32,000 bases of DNA from Trichodesmium erythraeum IMS101 (GCF_000014265.1 NC_008312.1:3690001-3722000); one strand, 5' to 3'. Counted from the stretch's first letter, positions 8,168 to 17,844 are shown. The notes: generated by a model not told the origin, from the letters alone. Numbers and translations are program-made.

Positions 8168-9391
8168 TTAATTCCCTTGCTCACTTGAGTTTTGATTTCT
8201 TTTAATTGGTTTAGGAAGAGGTTCTTTACGAATAGGAATTGAACTTGTTACATAATTATCACTTTTGTGAGAAAACCCTTGTGAATAACTACTTTTTCTA
8301 TAATTATCTCTATTATTAAATGTTCTTTTGTCCTTTGATATAAATTGGCGACGATTATTTAAAAACAGACTACCAATATCATTAGCATATTGAATAACAA
8401 GAGATGTATTCTGGCGCTGAATATGTAAATCCCAGAAATGATTCAATGGGCGATCGCCTAAATTCCCTTTAAGTTTCAGCTTAAAAAACTTAGAAGTTTC
8501 TTCACCTTTGCGGGCTAATTGTTGTACCTTAACTACTACATATTCTTCCTCTTGAGATTGATAAATCACTTCTCCTCGAATAGAAAAATAACCATCACCT
8601 AAAGTAACTAAATCATCTATCTCAGTTTCCGGACTAGGAAAAACAGTACTTGGTTGAGAATTATCTATATTTTCTGATACTTCTGGTATTTCTTGACTTT
8701 GGTTATCTTCAACGGTGGGAGAAATACTTAGAGATGAAGTTGTTTGTTGCTGTTCTTCATTTGTTAATTCAGTAGAGAATTTTGCCTTGGTTCCTAGAGT
8801 TTCTGGTTCCCATACCCCCATAATTTGAATATGTAGGTCATTATTTTCTTGTCTGGTACGAGGATAAACTACCCAGAGATGATCTGACTCTAGATCTAAA
8901 TGATTTTTTAATAGACTCATTACCCGGCCTAACAATACAGCATCTATTTCTGAATCATCTGGTGTTCGTAGGCTACCTCGTGTAAATTGTTCTGTAGAAG
9001 GTTGATAACGACCTCGAACTAAACCTATGGCCCGGTACTGTTGGGGTTCGCTAGGGGGAGCAATTGGATGTTGTCGTACAGTGGTAATATTATGAGTCAG
9101 AGTATTAGTTGTAGTTTCTTCCTCGTAGTTAGATTTAGCAAAATTTAATGGTTTCGTATCTGTCACAGCTAAAGTATTAGTATTATTAGTCTCTTGATCC
9201 TGTTCTTGGGCCATATCTATGCCTGAAAATTCATTTATTGATTTCACAGAGGTATCATAACTTAAAGCATTAGTTTTTCTAGGAAGACTTTGCTTAATAT
9301 CTGGTTTATTAATAGCTTGCTCATTGGGATAGGCCTTGTGATCTGTTGTAAACTTATTTGTTTTGTGAGAGTGGTTAACAGAATAATTCAT
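8168..9391 (-). CDS. Hypothetical protein with N/Q/S/T-rich low-complexity ends and two conserved-looking core blocks
   Basis: 407-aa ORF. Core segments are YRAIGLVRGRYQPSTEQFTRGSLRTPDDSEIDAVLLGRVMSLLKNHLDLESDHLWVVYPRT and GDGYFSIRGEVIYQSQEEEYVVVKVQQL. No family named with confidence. Confidence 0.6.
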   Translation of the reverse strand: MNYSVNHSHKTNKFTTDHKAYPNEQAINKPDIKQSLPRKTNALSYDTSVKSINEFSGIDMAQEQDQETNNTNTLAVTDTKPLNFAKSNYEEETTTNTLTHNITTVRQHPIAPPSEPQQYRAIGLVRGRYQPSTEQFTRGSLRTPDDSEIDAVLLGRVMSLLKNHLDLESDHLWVVYPRTRQENNDLHIQIMGVWEPETLGTKAKFSTELTNEEQQQTTSSLSISPTVEDNQSQEIPEVSENIDNSQPSTVFPSPETEIDDLVTLGDGYFSIRGEVIYQSQEEEYVVVKVQQLARKGEETSKFFKLKLKGNLGDRPLNHFWDLHIQRQNTSLVIQYANDIGSLFLNNRRQFISKDKRTFNNRDNYRKSSYSQGFSHKSDNYVTSSIPIRKEPLPKPIKRNQNSSEQGN

Positions 9392-10311
9392 AACAACTCC
9401 TATGATCAGAGATATATACCGTGTGAGAATTTAGACAAATATAATCAATAATCTATACAAGAATTATAGTCTTAGATTAAAAAAAAAGTTAATGTTATGG
9501 CAGTCCTCAGGGCGGTTAGAAGATTCTCATCCCTCTCAAATTTAGTTCGTGCTGCAAATTTAACTTCTAAGTTCTGACTCTTGCTATAAATTCTCTAAAA
9601 CAGAACAATAACACGGTTCTTTTGAACTTAACTGTTAATACCGATCAAAATTTTATAAAAATTGGATTAATTAATTTAAACTAAATTTTATAGTAAACAA
9701 AAAAGAGCATAAATTATCTACCGAAATAATTAGTGAAAATCAAAAAATTATTTTAGAGGCATAATATCTATTTTGACTGGTTAAAAACCTTAACCTACCC
9801 CCAACTGCAAGAGAAGTGGGGAAAAATCAACATGGCTCATTAGATTAAAGCACTCAAAGAATTTATAAAAAAAACTGTATGAATGATTTAAAATTATAAA
9901 ATAGTATATAATTATAGCATTAACCCATAAGAATTGCTATAAGTCCTTTATTATCAGAAGGAGCATTTAAGTATAAATTGGGGTTTAGCCAAGAAGAAAG
10001 AACCAGTAGTCAGATTGAAAGTTTTAGTAGCGCAGAATTTAAGATTGCCCTGATCAGAACTTTATAACTGGAGTCGAACAACTGTAGCTAAGAAAAGATT
10101 GATTTCCTAAGTAGGCCTGGAGATTTAGGCCAAGTTAAATGTCCACTCTGAAAAACAGGAACAAGGCCAAATTGGACAACTTACTAATTTGGTCCACACT
10201 CCAAAAGTGGTCTTTGTTTTGAGAAGATTATTTCTTTTGTTGAAATCTAATTGTGTTGATTGATTTTCTAGCTTAACTTAGTAAAGTGATGGTTAAGTAA
10301 GGCTAAAACCT

Positions 10312-11214
10312 ATGTTAAGGTGGGGAGAATTTAATCCAATGGTAGAAAAAAATCGTGGTTTTTTGATGACGGTGGTGGTACTGCTAATAATTGCTTTCTT
10401 AGGGTTTTCTCTATCTCCATTGTTAGGAGGATTATTAGAGGCCAATCAACAAAATAGTCAATCAACTCCATCGCCAAATCAGACATCTGTAGCAGATAAA
10501 GAAGCAGATTTACTCGCACAAGCACGGGGTTATGAGTTAGTTTTACAAAGGGAGCCAGATAATTTAACTGCACTCCAAGGGCTTTTACAAGTCAAGTTGG
10601 AGTTGATTCAATCAGGTAAGAGTAATATTGAGGATATTTTATCCCCACTAGAAAAGTTGTCTGAACTAAATCCTAGTAGTACAGATTATAATGTTTTGCT
10701 AGCTCAGGCTAAGGCATATACAGGCGATCGCGAAGGTGCTGCTCAAATTTATCGTTCTCTTCTGGCCATCAAGCCTGGTGATATCAAGGCTTTGCAAGGT
10801 TTAGTTAGTTTATTGTTGGAACAGGAACGCCCTGAAGCTGCTATTGGTTTGTTGCAAGACACACTTAAAGCTGCTCCTGTTAAAAATCAAGTAGAAGCTG
10901 GAAGCATTGATATAGTATCTGTGCAGTTGATTTTAGGACAGGTTTATGCTCAACAAAAACGCTACGAGGAAGCGATCGCTGTTTATGATGAAGCAATTAA
11001 GCTCAGTTCTAAGGATTTTCGGCCTATTTTGGCTAAGGCCATTATATTACAAGAGCAAGGTAATACTGAAGCTTCTCAAGAACTTTTTAATAAAGCAATA
11101 GAAATAGCTCCTGCAGGATTTAAGGATCAAATTAAGCTAAAAGCATCAGCTAATGACTCTGAGGCACAGGCATCTCCAGAGGCAAATTCTACTGAGACTG
11201 AAAAACAAGAATAA
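10312..11214 (+). CDS. Membrane-anchored TPR-repeat protein
   Basis: 300-aa ORF with an N-terminal TM helix (LMTVVVLLIIAFLGFSLSPLLGGLL) followed by several 34-aa TPR-like repeats (for example LGQVYAQQKRYEEAIAVYDEAIKLSSKDFR). The true start may be the internal Met at codon 10. Confidence 0.7.
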   Translation: MLRWGEFNPMVEKNRGFLMTVVVLLIIAFLGFSLSPLLGGLLEANQQNSQSTPSPNQTSVADKEADLLAQARGYELVLQREPDNLTALQGLLQVKLELIQSGKSNIEDILSPLEKLSELNPSSTDYNVLLAQAKAYTGDREGAAQIYRSLLAIKPGDIKALQGLVSLLLEQERPEAAIGLLQDTLKAAPVKNQVEAGSIDIVSVQLILGQVYAQQKRYEEAIAVYDEAIKLSSKDFRPILAKAIILQEQGNTEASQELFNKAIEIAPAGFKDQIKLKASANDSEAQASPEANSTETEKQE

Positions 11215-11254
11215 TTTTATTCTCTAGATAGACAAAAAAAAGGGTTTCAAGCCT

Positions 11255-11276
11255 GCCCCTTCTGGGGCGACTTTTT
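11255..11276 (+). terminator. Putative rho-independent terminator after the TPR gene
   Basis: The hairpin gcccc-ttct-ggggc is followed by gacttttt, 40 nt after the stop at 11214. The complement also ends in a T-run (accctttttttt), so it may work in both directions. Confidence 0.45.
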
Positions 11277-11661
11277 CAAAGATGGGGGGAGACTCATCAA
11301 AATATGTTTTTTATTTTTTGGTTGTGATACTATGTCCGGGTAAATAATTAGATTTTAGTATAAAGAAGGTACTTATAGATTTTTTCCCTATATCTACTCT
11401 AACCATGCTACCGGAGATGATATGACTAGACTTGAAGAAACAGGAATATTTGGTAATAAAAGAGAAAAAAACGTAGATTTTAAGAGCTATTTATAGTAAC
11501 CATAACTGAGGGTTGGCTGAAAAAGTCTGTTATTGAGAGGATTGAAAAAATTCCCATTACCAATAAAAAGAGTTTTTTTGAACTAATAGGAAAAAATTTG
11601 GTTTTCTATAGATTTTTGCTATCTGGGCTAAACGACTAGATAAATATGAGCAAATAAATAG

Positions 11662-12078
11662 TTAGCCAAGAAGTCGCAAATACTCAACCTTAATGCAAAT
11701 ATCCATTGCCAAATTTAAGCCCGCATCTAATGCTTTATTTGCTGACTGCCAATTTGTAACTCCTAGCTGAGTCCAAATAGTTTTGGCGTGGATAGCGATC
11801 GCAGCTTCTACTATTTCTGGCAAATATTCAGAACGGCCGAAAACATTAACAATATCAACAGGTTCAGGAATATTTTGTAAGGTAGCATAAGTAGGTTGAC
11901 TATCAATTTCTTTAACTATAGGATTAACTGGATAAACTTTGTAACCTACCTCTCGTAAAAACTGAGCAATTTGATAGCTAGTACGCTCCGGTTTTTCCGA
12001 ATTATCCACTATAGCAATTATTTTCGAACTTTTCAATATATCTCGCTTTAAACGATCATTTCTATTCAAATTTGCCAT
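11662..12078 (-). CDS. CoA-binding domain protein (YccU/YneT family, COG1832)
   Basis: 138-aa ORF with the family pattern IAIVDNS..PERTSYQIAQFLREVGYKVYPVNP...PVDIVNVFGRSEYLPEIVEAAIAIHAKTIWTQLGV. Confidence 0.8.
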   Translation of the reverse strand: MANLNRNDRLKRDILKSSKIIAIVDNSEKPERTSYQIAQFLREVGYKVYPVNPIVKEIDSQPTYATLQNIPEPVDIVNVFGRSEYLPEIVEAAIAIHAKTIWTQLGVTNWQSANKALDAGLNLAMDICIKVEYLRLLG

Positions 12079-12239
12079 GACTTTTCCAAGAAATACGGGA
12101 CTATCAATAGAACTATGTTAAAATATAAATATAACCTGATATTTTCCTCTAAATGAAGTTGTATTTTAATGTTCTTATATAATAAAAAATCTTATTTTAT
12201 TTATTAGTCATTGACTGACTAATAAAATAACCCAAAAGT

Positions 12240-12799
12240 AAAAGGCCTAGTATATGGTCAGAGAATTGTTCTCCTTTTTTACAGTAACCCTAGGGATATT
12301 CTTCTCAATTATCAATCCCCGCTTCCTCTACATACACTATCTACCAGCACTTCAATGCAAGGATTTTTTTTGACTTTTGTCGCTGTTGTTCATCTCTGTG
12401 TTGATAACCATAAGTTTTTTTAGGAGTAATTCCCATTTTTTTTTCAGGGGATCGCTCACATTCTACTGCCTGAGTTCCTCTCCCCAGTGACTATCATGCT
12501 TGCTGAAACTCTCGGAATTTTTCTAAGTCTTTGATTTTCAGCTTACATCCTTTCTGAAATTCTGTCAAAGCTTTACAGCCTCCTATTTCTTTTCTGCCCT
12601 TGAGCCATCCACCTAAAATATTTCTACTGATGCCAAAATTCCAGCTAACTTCGCTCTGGCTTTGGCCATTATTAAAAGCCTTGATCGTTTTTTGTTGCAA
12701 ATCATGACTTAAGGATGCTAGCATCGGGTATCTGGTTATCTACTCTATTATTTTCTCTTCTATTCTACCTTAACCTTCTCATATCTTGCCTCGTAATGC
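12240..12799 (-). mobile_element. Degraded, truncated IS630-family element (N-terminal part of the transposase only)
   Basis: The track ORF 12494-12724 encodes the HTH part (QSQSEVSWNFGISRNILGGWLK). Hand translation further downstream gives MGITPKKTYGYQHRDEQQRQK...LVDSVCRGSGD**, which is IS630-like with stops and ends near 12240. A terminus-like AATGCTATA sits at about 12788-12799. Confidence 0.7.
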
Positions 12800-12850
12800 T
12801 ATATTAATCGTAAATAGTCTCATAATTGCTTACTAGCTAGTCTAATTAGT

Positions 12851-13202
12851 CGAGTTAATAATATCAAATCTTGGGTTGACAAATTAACTAAATATGTTCC
12901 AATTTTTGCAATGAATATGGAGTTAGCTAGGTTTGATTTTCAAAAGATTATTAATTCAGAAATTCAAGGCAAAAAATATCAAATTGGTGAGTTATTTGGA
13001 TATGAAGTTAGGCAATAAGAAATTCAAAAAGTTTAATTATACTTACGTCTATTGTGGAACAAAAGAAGCCATATTTAATTGAAACAATTTTTATCTAAGG
13101 TCTCATGGTGATATTGATAGAGTATACAATTGAGTTCTAATTTGTGTGAAGTGTAATCAAGCTAAAAGTGCTAAATTATCTGCTCTTCTTTCTATTAAAT
13201 AA
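12851..13202 (+). pseudogene. Relic of an IscB-type (RRXRR/RuvC-HNH) nuclease gene; only the RuvC-II to HNH segment survives
   Basis: Hand translation gives RVNNIKSWVDKLTKYVPIFAMNMELARFDFQKIINSEIQGKKYQIGELFGYEVRQ*, then a frameshift, then KFNYTYVYCGTKEAIFN*NNFYLRSHGDIDRVYN*VLICVKCNQAKSAK. Compare the family pattern ...ELxRFDxQ...YQxGxLxGYEVREYLLEKW..C.YCG....L.IEHI.P.S.GG..RVSNL.L.C..CNQ.KG. The stops fall in the HNH motif. The N-terminal RRXRR part and the C-terminal third are absent. Confidence 0.75.
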
Positions 13203-13338
13203 ACTATTATTCTTAACAATGACTGTGAGTAGATTAGGAAAGTTCTAAATTTTAAGGATAAAAGTAATTTATGATGCTGGTTGCTTTCTTCCTAACACTA
13301 AAAGTAATTTATAATTTTGGGTCTCCAGCAACTATTTA

Positions 13339-14421
13339 TTGATGAATAAACCAATTAATATTTTTGAATATGAGTCTTTAGCACCAAAATATTTATCTCA
13401 AATGGCGCTAGATTATTATGCTAGTGGTGCATGGGATGAAGTTACTTTACGAGATAACCGTACTGCTTATGAAAAATATAAACTTCGACCTCGGATGTTA
13501 GTAGACGTTAGCCAGCGAAATTTAAGTACAAAAATTTTGGGGCAACTTATGAAAATGCCGATTTTAATTGCCCCTATGGCTTTTCAATGTTTGGCGCACC
13601 CAGAAGGAGAGTTAGCAACAGCAAGAGTAGCAGCAGATCATGGTATAACAATGGTATTAAGTACCATGTCAACAAAAAGTTTAGAAGATGTGGCATTAGC
13701 GACAAATGTCCCACAAAGTCTGTGGTTTCAACTCTATGTACATCGCGATCGGTTTCTGACTCGAACTTTAGTTGAAAGAGCTAAAGCAGCAGGTTATCAA
13801 GCACTATGTTTGACAGTTGATGCGCCAGTTTTAGGTGTTAGGGAACGAGACCGAAGAAATCAATTTACTCTACCATCTGGCCTGGAGTTAGCTAATTTAA
13901 CATCAATGGCAAATTTAGAGATTCCTGAGACAGAAGAGGAGTCTGGGTTATTTGCTTATGTTGCTAATCAATTTGACCCAGCTCTTACCTGGCAAGATCT
14001 TGAGTGGTTACAGTCGTTAACGTCATTACCTGTAATAGTTAAAGGAATTTTACGGGGAGATGATGCTGTTCGAGCAGTTGAACATGGGGCCAAAGGAATT
14101 ATTGTTTCTAATCATGGAGGTAGACAGTTGGATGGAGCGATCGCTACTATTGATGCTCTCCCAGAAGTAGTTGCAGCGGTAGGAAATAAAGTTGATGTGT
14201 TGATGGATGGTGGTATCCGTAGAGGTACAGATATTCTCAAAGCTTTAGCATTGGGAGCAAAAGCAGTTTTAATTGGGCGTCCGGTTTTGTGGGCCTTAGC
14301 GGTGAATGGAGAAACTGGGGTACATCATTTGTTGGAGCTATTACGTAATGAATTAGATGTGGCTATGGCTTTGAGTGGATGTGCTAAGGTAGAAAATATA
14401 AATCCTAGTTTGGTACGTTAA
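13339..14421 (+). CDS. FMN-dependent alpha-hydroxy-acid oxidase/dehydrogenase (L-lactate or glycolate oxidase type)
   Basis: 360-aa ORF with family blocks PILIAPMAFQCLAHPEGE, WFQLYV.RDR, LTVDAPVLGVRERD, SNHGGRQLDG and DGGIRRGTDILKALALGA. The probable real start is the ATG at 13342, right after the TTG used by the track. Confidence 0.85.
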   Translation: MMNKPINIFEYESLAPKYLSQMALDYYASGAWDEVTLRDNRTAYEKYKLRPRMLVDVSQRNLSTKILGQLMKMPILIAPMAFQCLAHPEGELATARVAADHGITMVLSTMSTKSLEDVALATNVPQSLWFQLYVHRDRFLTRTLVERAKAAGYQALCLTVDAPVLGVRERDRRNQFTLPSGLELANLTSMANLEIPETEEESGLFAYVANQFDPALTWQDLEWLQSLTSLPVIVKGILRGDDAVRAVEHGAKGIIVSNHGGRQLDGAIATIDALPEVVAAVGNKVDVLMDGGIRRGTDILKALALGAKAVLIGRPVLWALAVNGETGVHHLLELLRNELDVAMALSGCAKVENINPSLVR

Positions 14422-14476
14422 TTCAGAAAGTAAAACTTATATAGAGATTTTTTTTGTTGATATAAGGACTAAAAAA

Positions 14477-14986
14477 ATGAACAAATCTAAACTTGTTAAT
14501 AATTCGAAAGTAAATGAAACTAGAAATACAGGTATAGCTTACCTTTTATGGTGTTCCTCTTTTTTGGGTATTTGTGGATTACATAGATTTTATTCAGGAA
14601 AATATTTCACAGGCCTTATTTGGTTTATAACTTTTGGTTTATTCGGAATAGGTCAAATTTTTGACTTATTTTTTATTCCTGGAATGGTAGAAGAGAAAAA
14701 TCTTAAACTGCTGAAGAAACAGTTAGATTCTGGGGATGTATTTAATTACTTACCCCAGGAACAAATAGAAAAGATTTTAGACAAAAATCCTACCAAGTCA
14801 GACACACAAATTATTCTTGAATTAGCCAAAAAACATCCGGAAGGAATTTCAATAGCAGATTGTATAATTGCTACAAATAAAACAGTAGCAGAAATGAAAG
14901 ATCTTTTAAAAAGCTTATATAAAGAGGGATTAGTAGAAATGGAAAATCACCCCGAAACAGGAGCAGTTATTTATAAAGTTTTTTAA
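14477..14986 (+). CDS. TM2 domain-containing membrane protein with a small soluble C-terminal domain
   Basis: 169-aa ORF. The TM2 signature is NTGIAYLLWCSSFLGICGLHRFYSGKYFTGLIWFITFGLFGIGQIFDLFFIPGMV. Confidence 0.75.
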   Translation: MNKSKLVNNSKVNETRNTGIAYLLWCSSFLGICGLHRFYSGKYFTGLIWFITFGLFGIGQIFDLFFIPGMVEEKNLKLLKKQLDSGDVFNYLPQEQIEKILDKNPTKSDTQIILELAKKHPEGISIADCIIATNKTVAEMKDLLKSLYKEGLVEMENHPETGAVIYKVF

Positions 14987-15389
14987 AAAAAAAATATGTA
15001 ATACTAAGGGTAAAAAAATAATCTTACAAATAATCGGGAAAATCAATAAATATCTAATAAGATTTATCTTTAATTAAAAAGGAATCTTTAAAATAATATC
15101 ATAATATTTTAACTATTTATAGGCTTAAAAGCTAGTTAAAAGCTATATATAAAAGTCTTGTTCCTAACTAACTGAATAATACTTTAACTCAAAGAGAACG
15201 CTGATTAATAAGAGATAGAAGTATCGTGGGAGGGTAGCTTTGACTAAACTTTTGGTTAATAACTTATTCAGCCAAATAATTTTTAACTTGATGTCCTAGG
15301 TGACAAAGTTTGTGCCTACCAAAAATACTTAGTGAGTGATGGTAAGTAAAATTAATTAATATAGCATTCTAGCAGTTAGCTAAAAAATG

Positions 15390-15445
15390 CTGAGAACTAA
15401 CTGCTGAGAACTAACTACTAATAACTAACTACTAATAACTAAATG
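15390..15445. repeat. 14-bp tandem repeat x4 (ctgagaactaactg / ctgagaactaacta / ctaataactaacta / ctaataactaaatg)
   Basis: Read directly. It sits just 3' of the M48 gene stop and is bracketed by the 9-bp inverted repeat gatggtaag (15339-15347) and cttaccatc (15446-15454). Confidence 0.85.
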
Positions 15446-15453
15446 CTTACCAT

Positions 15454-17106
15454 CTAAATTTTTGAAAAATCTTTTTTCTTTTCTACCAATAAAGCTTTAG
15501 CTTTTGTCCGCATTTTAGCATGAGATACTACTCCTTCATAAGCATAACGATTATAACCATTATTAACAATTAATTCTTCTAAATAACGGACTCTTTCTGC
15601 TGTCTCTGGGTGAGTAGATAACCAAGCAAGAACACCCATATCTTCTTTCCCTTCATTAAGAGTAACCATCAGATTTCTTACCCCATCTGCAGCATAACCT
15701 GCTGATACTAAAATTCTGGTTCCTAATACATCTGCTTGACGTTCCATTTTTCGACTATAGTTAAGCACAATTAAATTACTAACTGTAGCCCCAGCATAAG
15801 GAACATATTGCACCACGCTATTAATTAAATTACCTTCAGACATTAACTTAAATCCATGGGATAATACAGTATGAGCTAGTTCATGAGCAAGTAAACCTGC
15901 TAATTCTGCTTCTGATTTAGTTTTAAATATTGCTCCTAAATTCAGAAATATTTGCCCCCCTGGTAAAGCAAAAGCATTGAGGTTTTCATCATTGACTATA
16001 TAAAAATTATATTCAAATTCATTTCTACCTGTCATATCTGCAAGTTTTTTGCCCATGTTATTGACATATTTGATAATTTCTTCATCCTCAACTATAGGTA
16101 AATTTTTTTGAGCATAATTTGCTATGGTTTTGCCAATTCTTGATTCTCCTTGGAGCATCATTGCTGTTGTTTGAACTGCATTTATAGCCGCAAATGGATT
16201 ACCAGTAATAGCTACACCTAATGCTCCAGTCACAACATTAGCAATTGTATTTCTTCTTAATCTTGATTTAAGCTGAGATTGAAATTTTTTTCTATAGGTT
16301 TCTGCTAATTGATTAAATTCATCAAATTGGGAATTTTGGGTGTTCATTAAAGCAAATTGTTGAGCAGATAAACTTGCTTCTAACCATTTTTTATCATCTG
16401 CTAGAGCAGTAATTGTTGCTTTAATTAATTCTGGTTCATTGGGATATAAACCTGTTGCTTGATGTAAGACTTCTAAGGCTAATTCTGTTTGTTCATCAGC
16501 TTTTAAATTTTCTGCTAGTTGAATATGGGCAGGAATAAATTCAGGATACTCTTTAACTAATAATTGTAAAGATATAAATGTCTGAGTTTCAATATTTTTG
16601 ACTAAACCTTCCTGTGCTTGTCGCCAATATACTTGAGCAGTTATGGGTAATTCTGTAGGTTCATATACTGCTTGAGGACGATCAAGTTGGAGTTCAATAT
16701 CTCCAGTAAATGGTTCTTTTACTTCTCGATAAAGTTTTTCTGCTGCTGCTTTTTCTCCTGCTAAATAAAGTCTGTCTGCTGCTGCTAATTTTTCCTCTTG
16801 TGTTTGAGGCTTAGAGTTAGTAGAAAAAATTTTTTTTGACTGAGAATTTTTCGGTTTTTTTTCTAGATTAGGGATTATACTTTCGGTTACTAAATGTGAA
16901 TCAAGCCGGTAATAATCTATATGTATTGGGTTTTGTTTATTCACCCAATTTAGGGAAGCTAATTTTTTATTATCAGTATTTAACTGGAGGTAATATGACT
17001 GGGAATTTCTGGGTTTATTTTCTAGAAAATTGATCTCTGCTAAGGCTAAGTTTTGCTGGGCAAATATGCTGAGTATAATTGTGATATAATTTAGTAAGGG
17101 TTTCAT
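15454..17106 (-). CDS. Secreted TPR-containing M48 family zinc metallopeptidase
   Basis: 550-aa ORF with an N-terminal signal-like segment. It carries the HExxH motif HELAHTVLSH, the downstream ERQADVLGTRILVSAGYAADG, and LSTHPETAERVRYLEEL, all typical of M48 peptidases. Confidence 0.85.
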   Translation of the reverse strand: MKPLLNYITIILSIFAQQNLALAEINFLENKPRNSQSYYLQLNTDNKKLASLNWVNKQNPIHIDYYRLDSHLVTESIIPNLEKKPKNSQSKKIFSTNSKPQTQEEKLAAADRLYLAGEKAAAEKLYREVKEPFTGDIELQLDRPQAVYEPTELPITAQVYWRQAQEGLVKNIETQTFISLQLLVKEYPEFIPAHIQLAENLKADEQTELALEVLHQATGLYPNEPELIKATITALADDKKWLEASLSAQQFALMNTQNSQFDEFNQLAETYRKKFQSQLKSRLRRNTIANVVTGALGVAITGNPFAAINAVQTTAMMLQGESRIGKTIANYAQKNLPIVEDEEIIKYVNNMGKKLADMTGRNEFEYNFYIVNDENLNAFALPGGQIFLNLGAIFKTKSEAELAGLLAHELAHTVLSHGFKLMSEGNLINSVVQYVPYAGATVSNLIVLNYSRKMERQADVLGTRILVSAGYAADGVRNLMVTLNEGKEDMGVLAWLSTHPETAERVRYLEELIVNNGYNRYAYEGVVSHAKMRTKAKALLVEKKKDFSKI

Positions 17107-17680
17107 AATTTTACATATTTTTTAAATTTTCAAAACATTTTTTTTGTTAAAAATATTATTAACTATTAAAAAACTAGTTGGATAATTGCTTTTTCTATAC
17201 TTTATAACAACTGGAAGCCCTATAAATACCTTTATCCCAAATAATAATGCTCTGTTTGTTTTGGATATGTTTGATTAATTACGAAATAAAATTAATAGTC
17301 TTCTCTGTATTTATTTTTGGATAATCAAAGGGTGATAACAGTTTTTCTTCAATAATTAATTATACCATAATCAATCTGTTTTTTGAATCTATTTTTGAGA
17401 TGAATATCAATTATAATATTTTTTTCTCCCTAAATATATCTACAAATATTTCCCAAAATTCAATAATACTTATCTAAAAAAAACTATTAATTGCTCTAAA
17501 TATTGATATATAATTTTTATATTTTAGTCTATATTTACTTTTTTTTCATCCTATCAATATTATCCATTTCTCCTATATTTACATATTTTTTTTGTGTTTT
17601 ACAAATACAGTGCTACTAATTTTTTAAATAGCTTTTAAAGCATATAATTAAGTCGTCACAATCTTAAATAAACTTACTCA

Positions 17681-17712
17681 AATTACTTTGCTAAAATTAC
17701 TTTGCTAAAATT
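17681..17712. repeat. Perfect 14-bp tandem direct repeat aattactttgctaa x2 (plus a partial third)
   Basis: Read directly, inside the 738-bp ORF-free spacer between wecB and the M48 gene. Confidence 0.8.
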
Positions 17713-17844
17713 GCCTATAAATAGACTAAAAATTAATGATATTTTTCCAGCAAATAGGGAATAGATTTGGAGACAATAGGAATAAATGATCAATTATTTC
17801 TATAGAATAATTCATTTTCTTTTTTATTTTTGGAGATATCTATT

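Noticed and set aside
11508-11560. Short shared intergenic motifs. AGGGTTGGCTGAAAAAGT...TTATTGAGAGG resembles 29263-29293 (AGGGTTTGCTGAAAAGT..TTATGAGTGAGG). GAGAGGATTGAAAAAATTCCCATTACC resembles 6585-6615 (GAGAATTGAAAAAAAAATATTCCCACTGC).
   Set aside because: The matches are 25-35 nt with gaps in A-rich sequence, and I cannot show by eye that they exceed chance. They would be worth a genome-wide motif count, but they are not reportable as an element.
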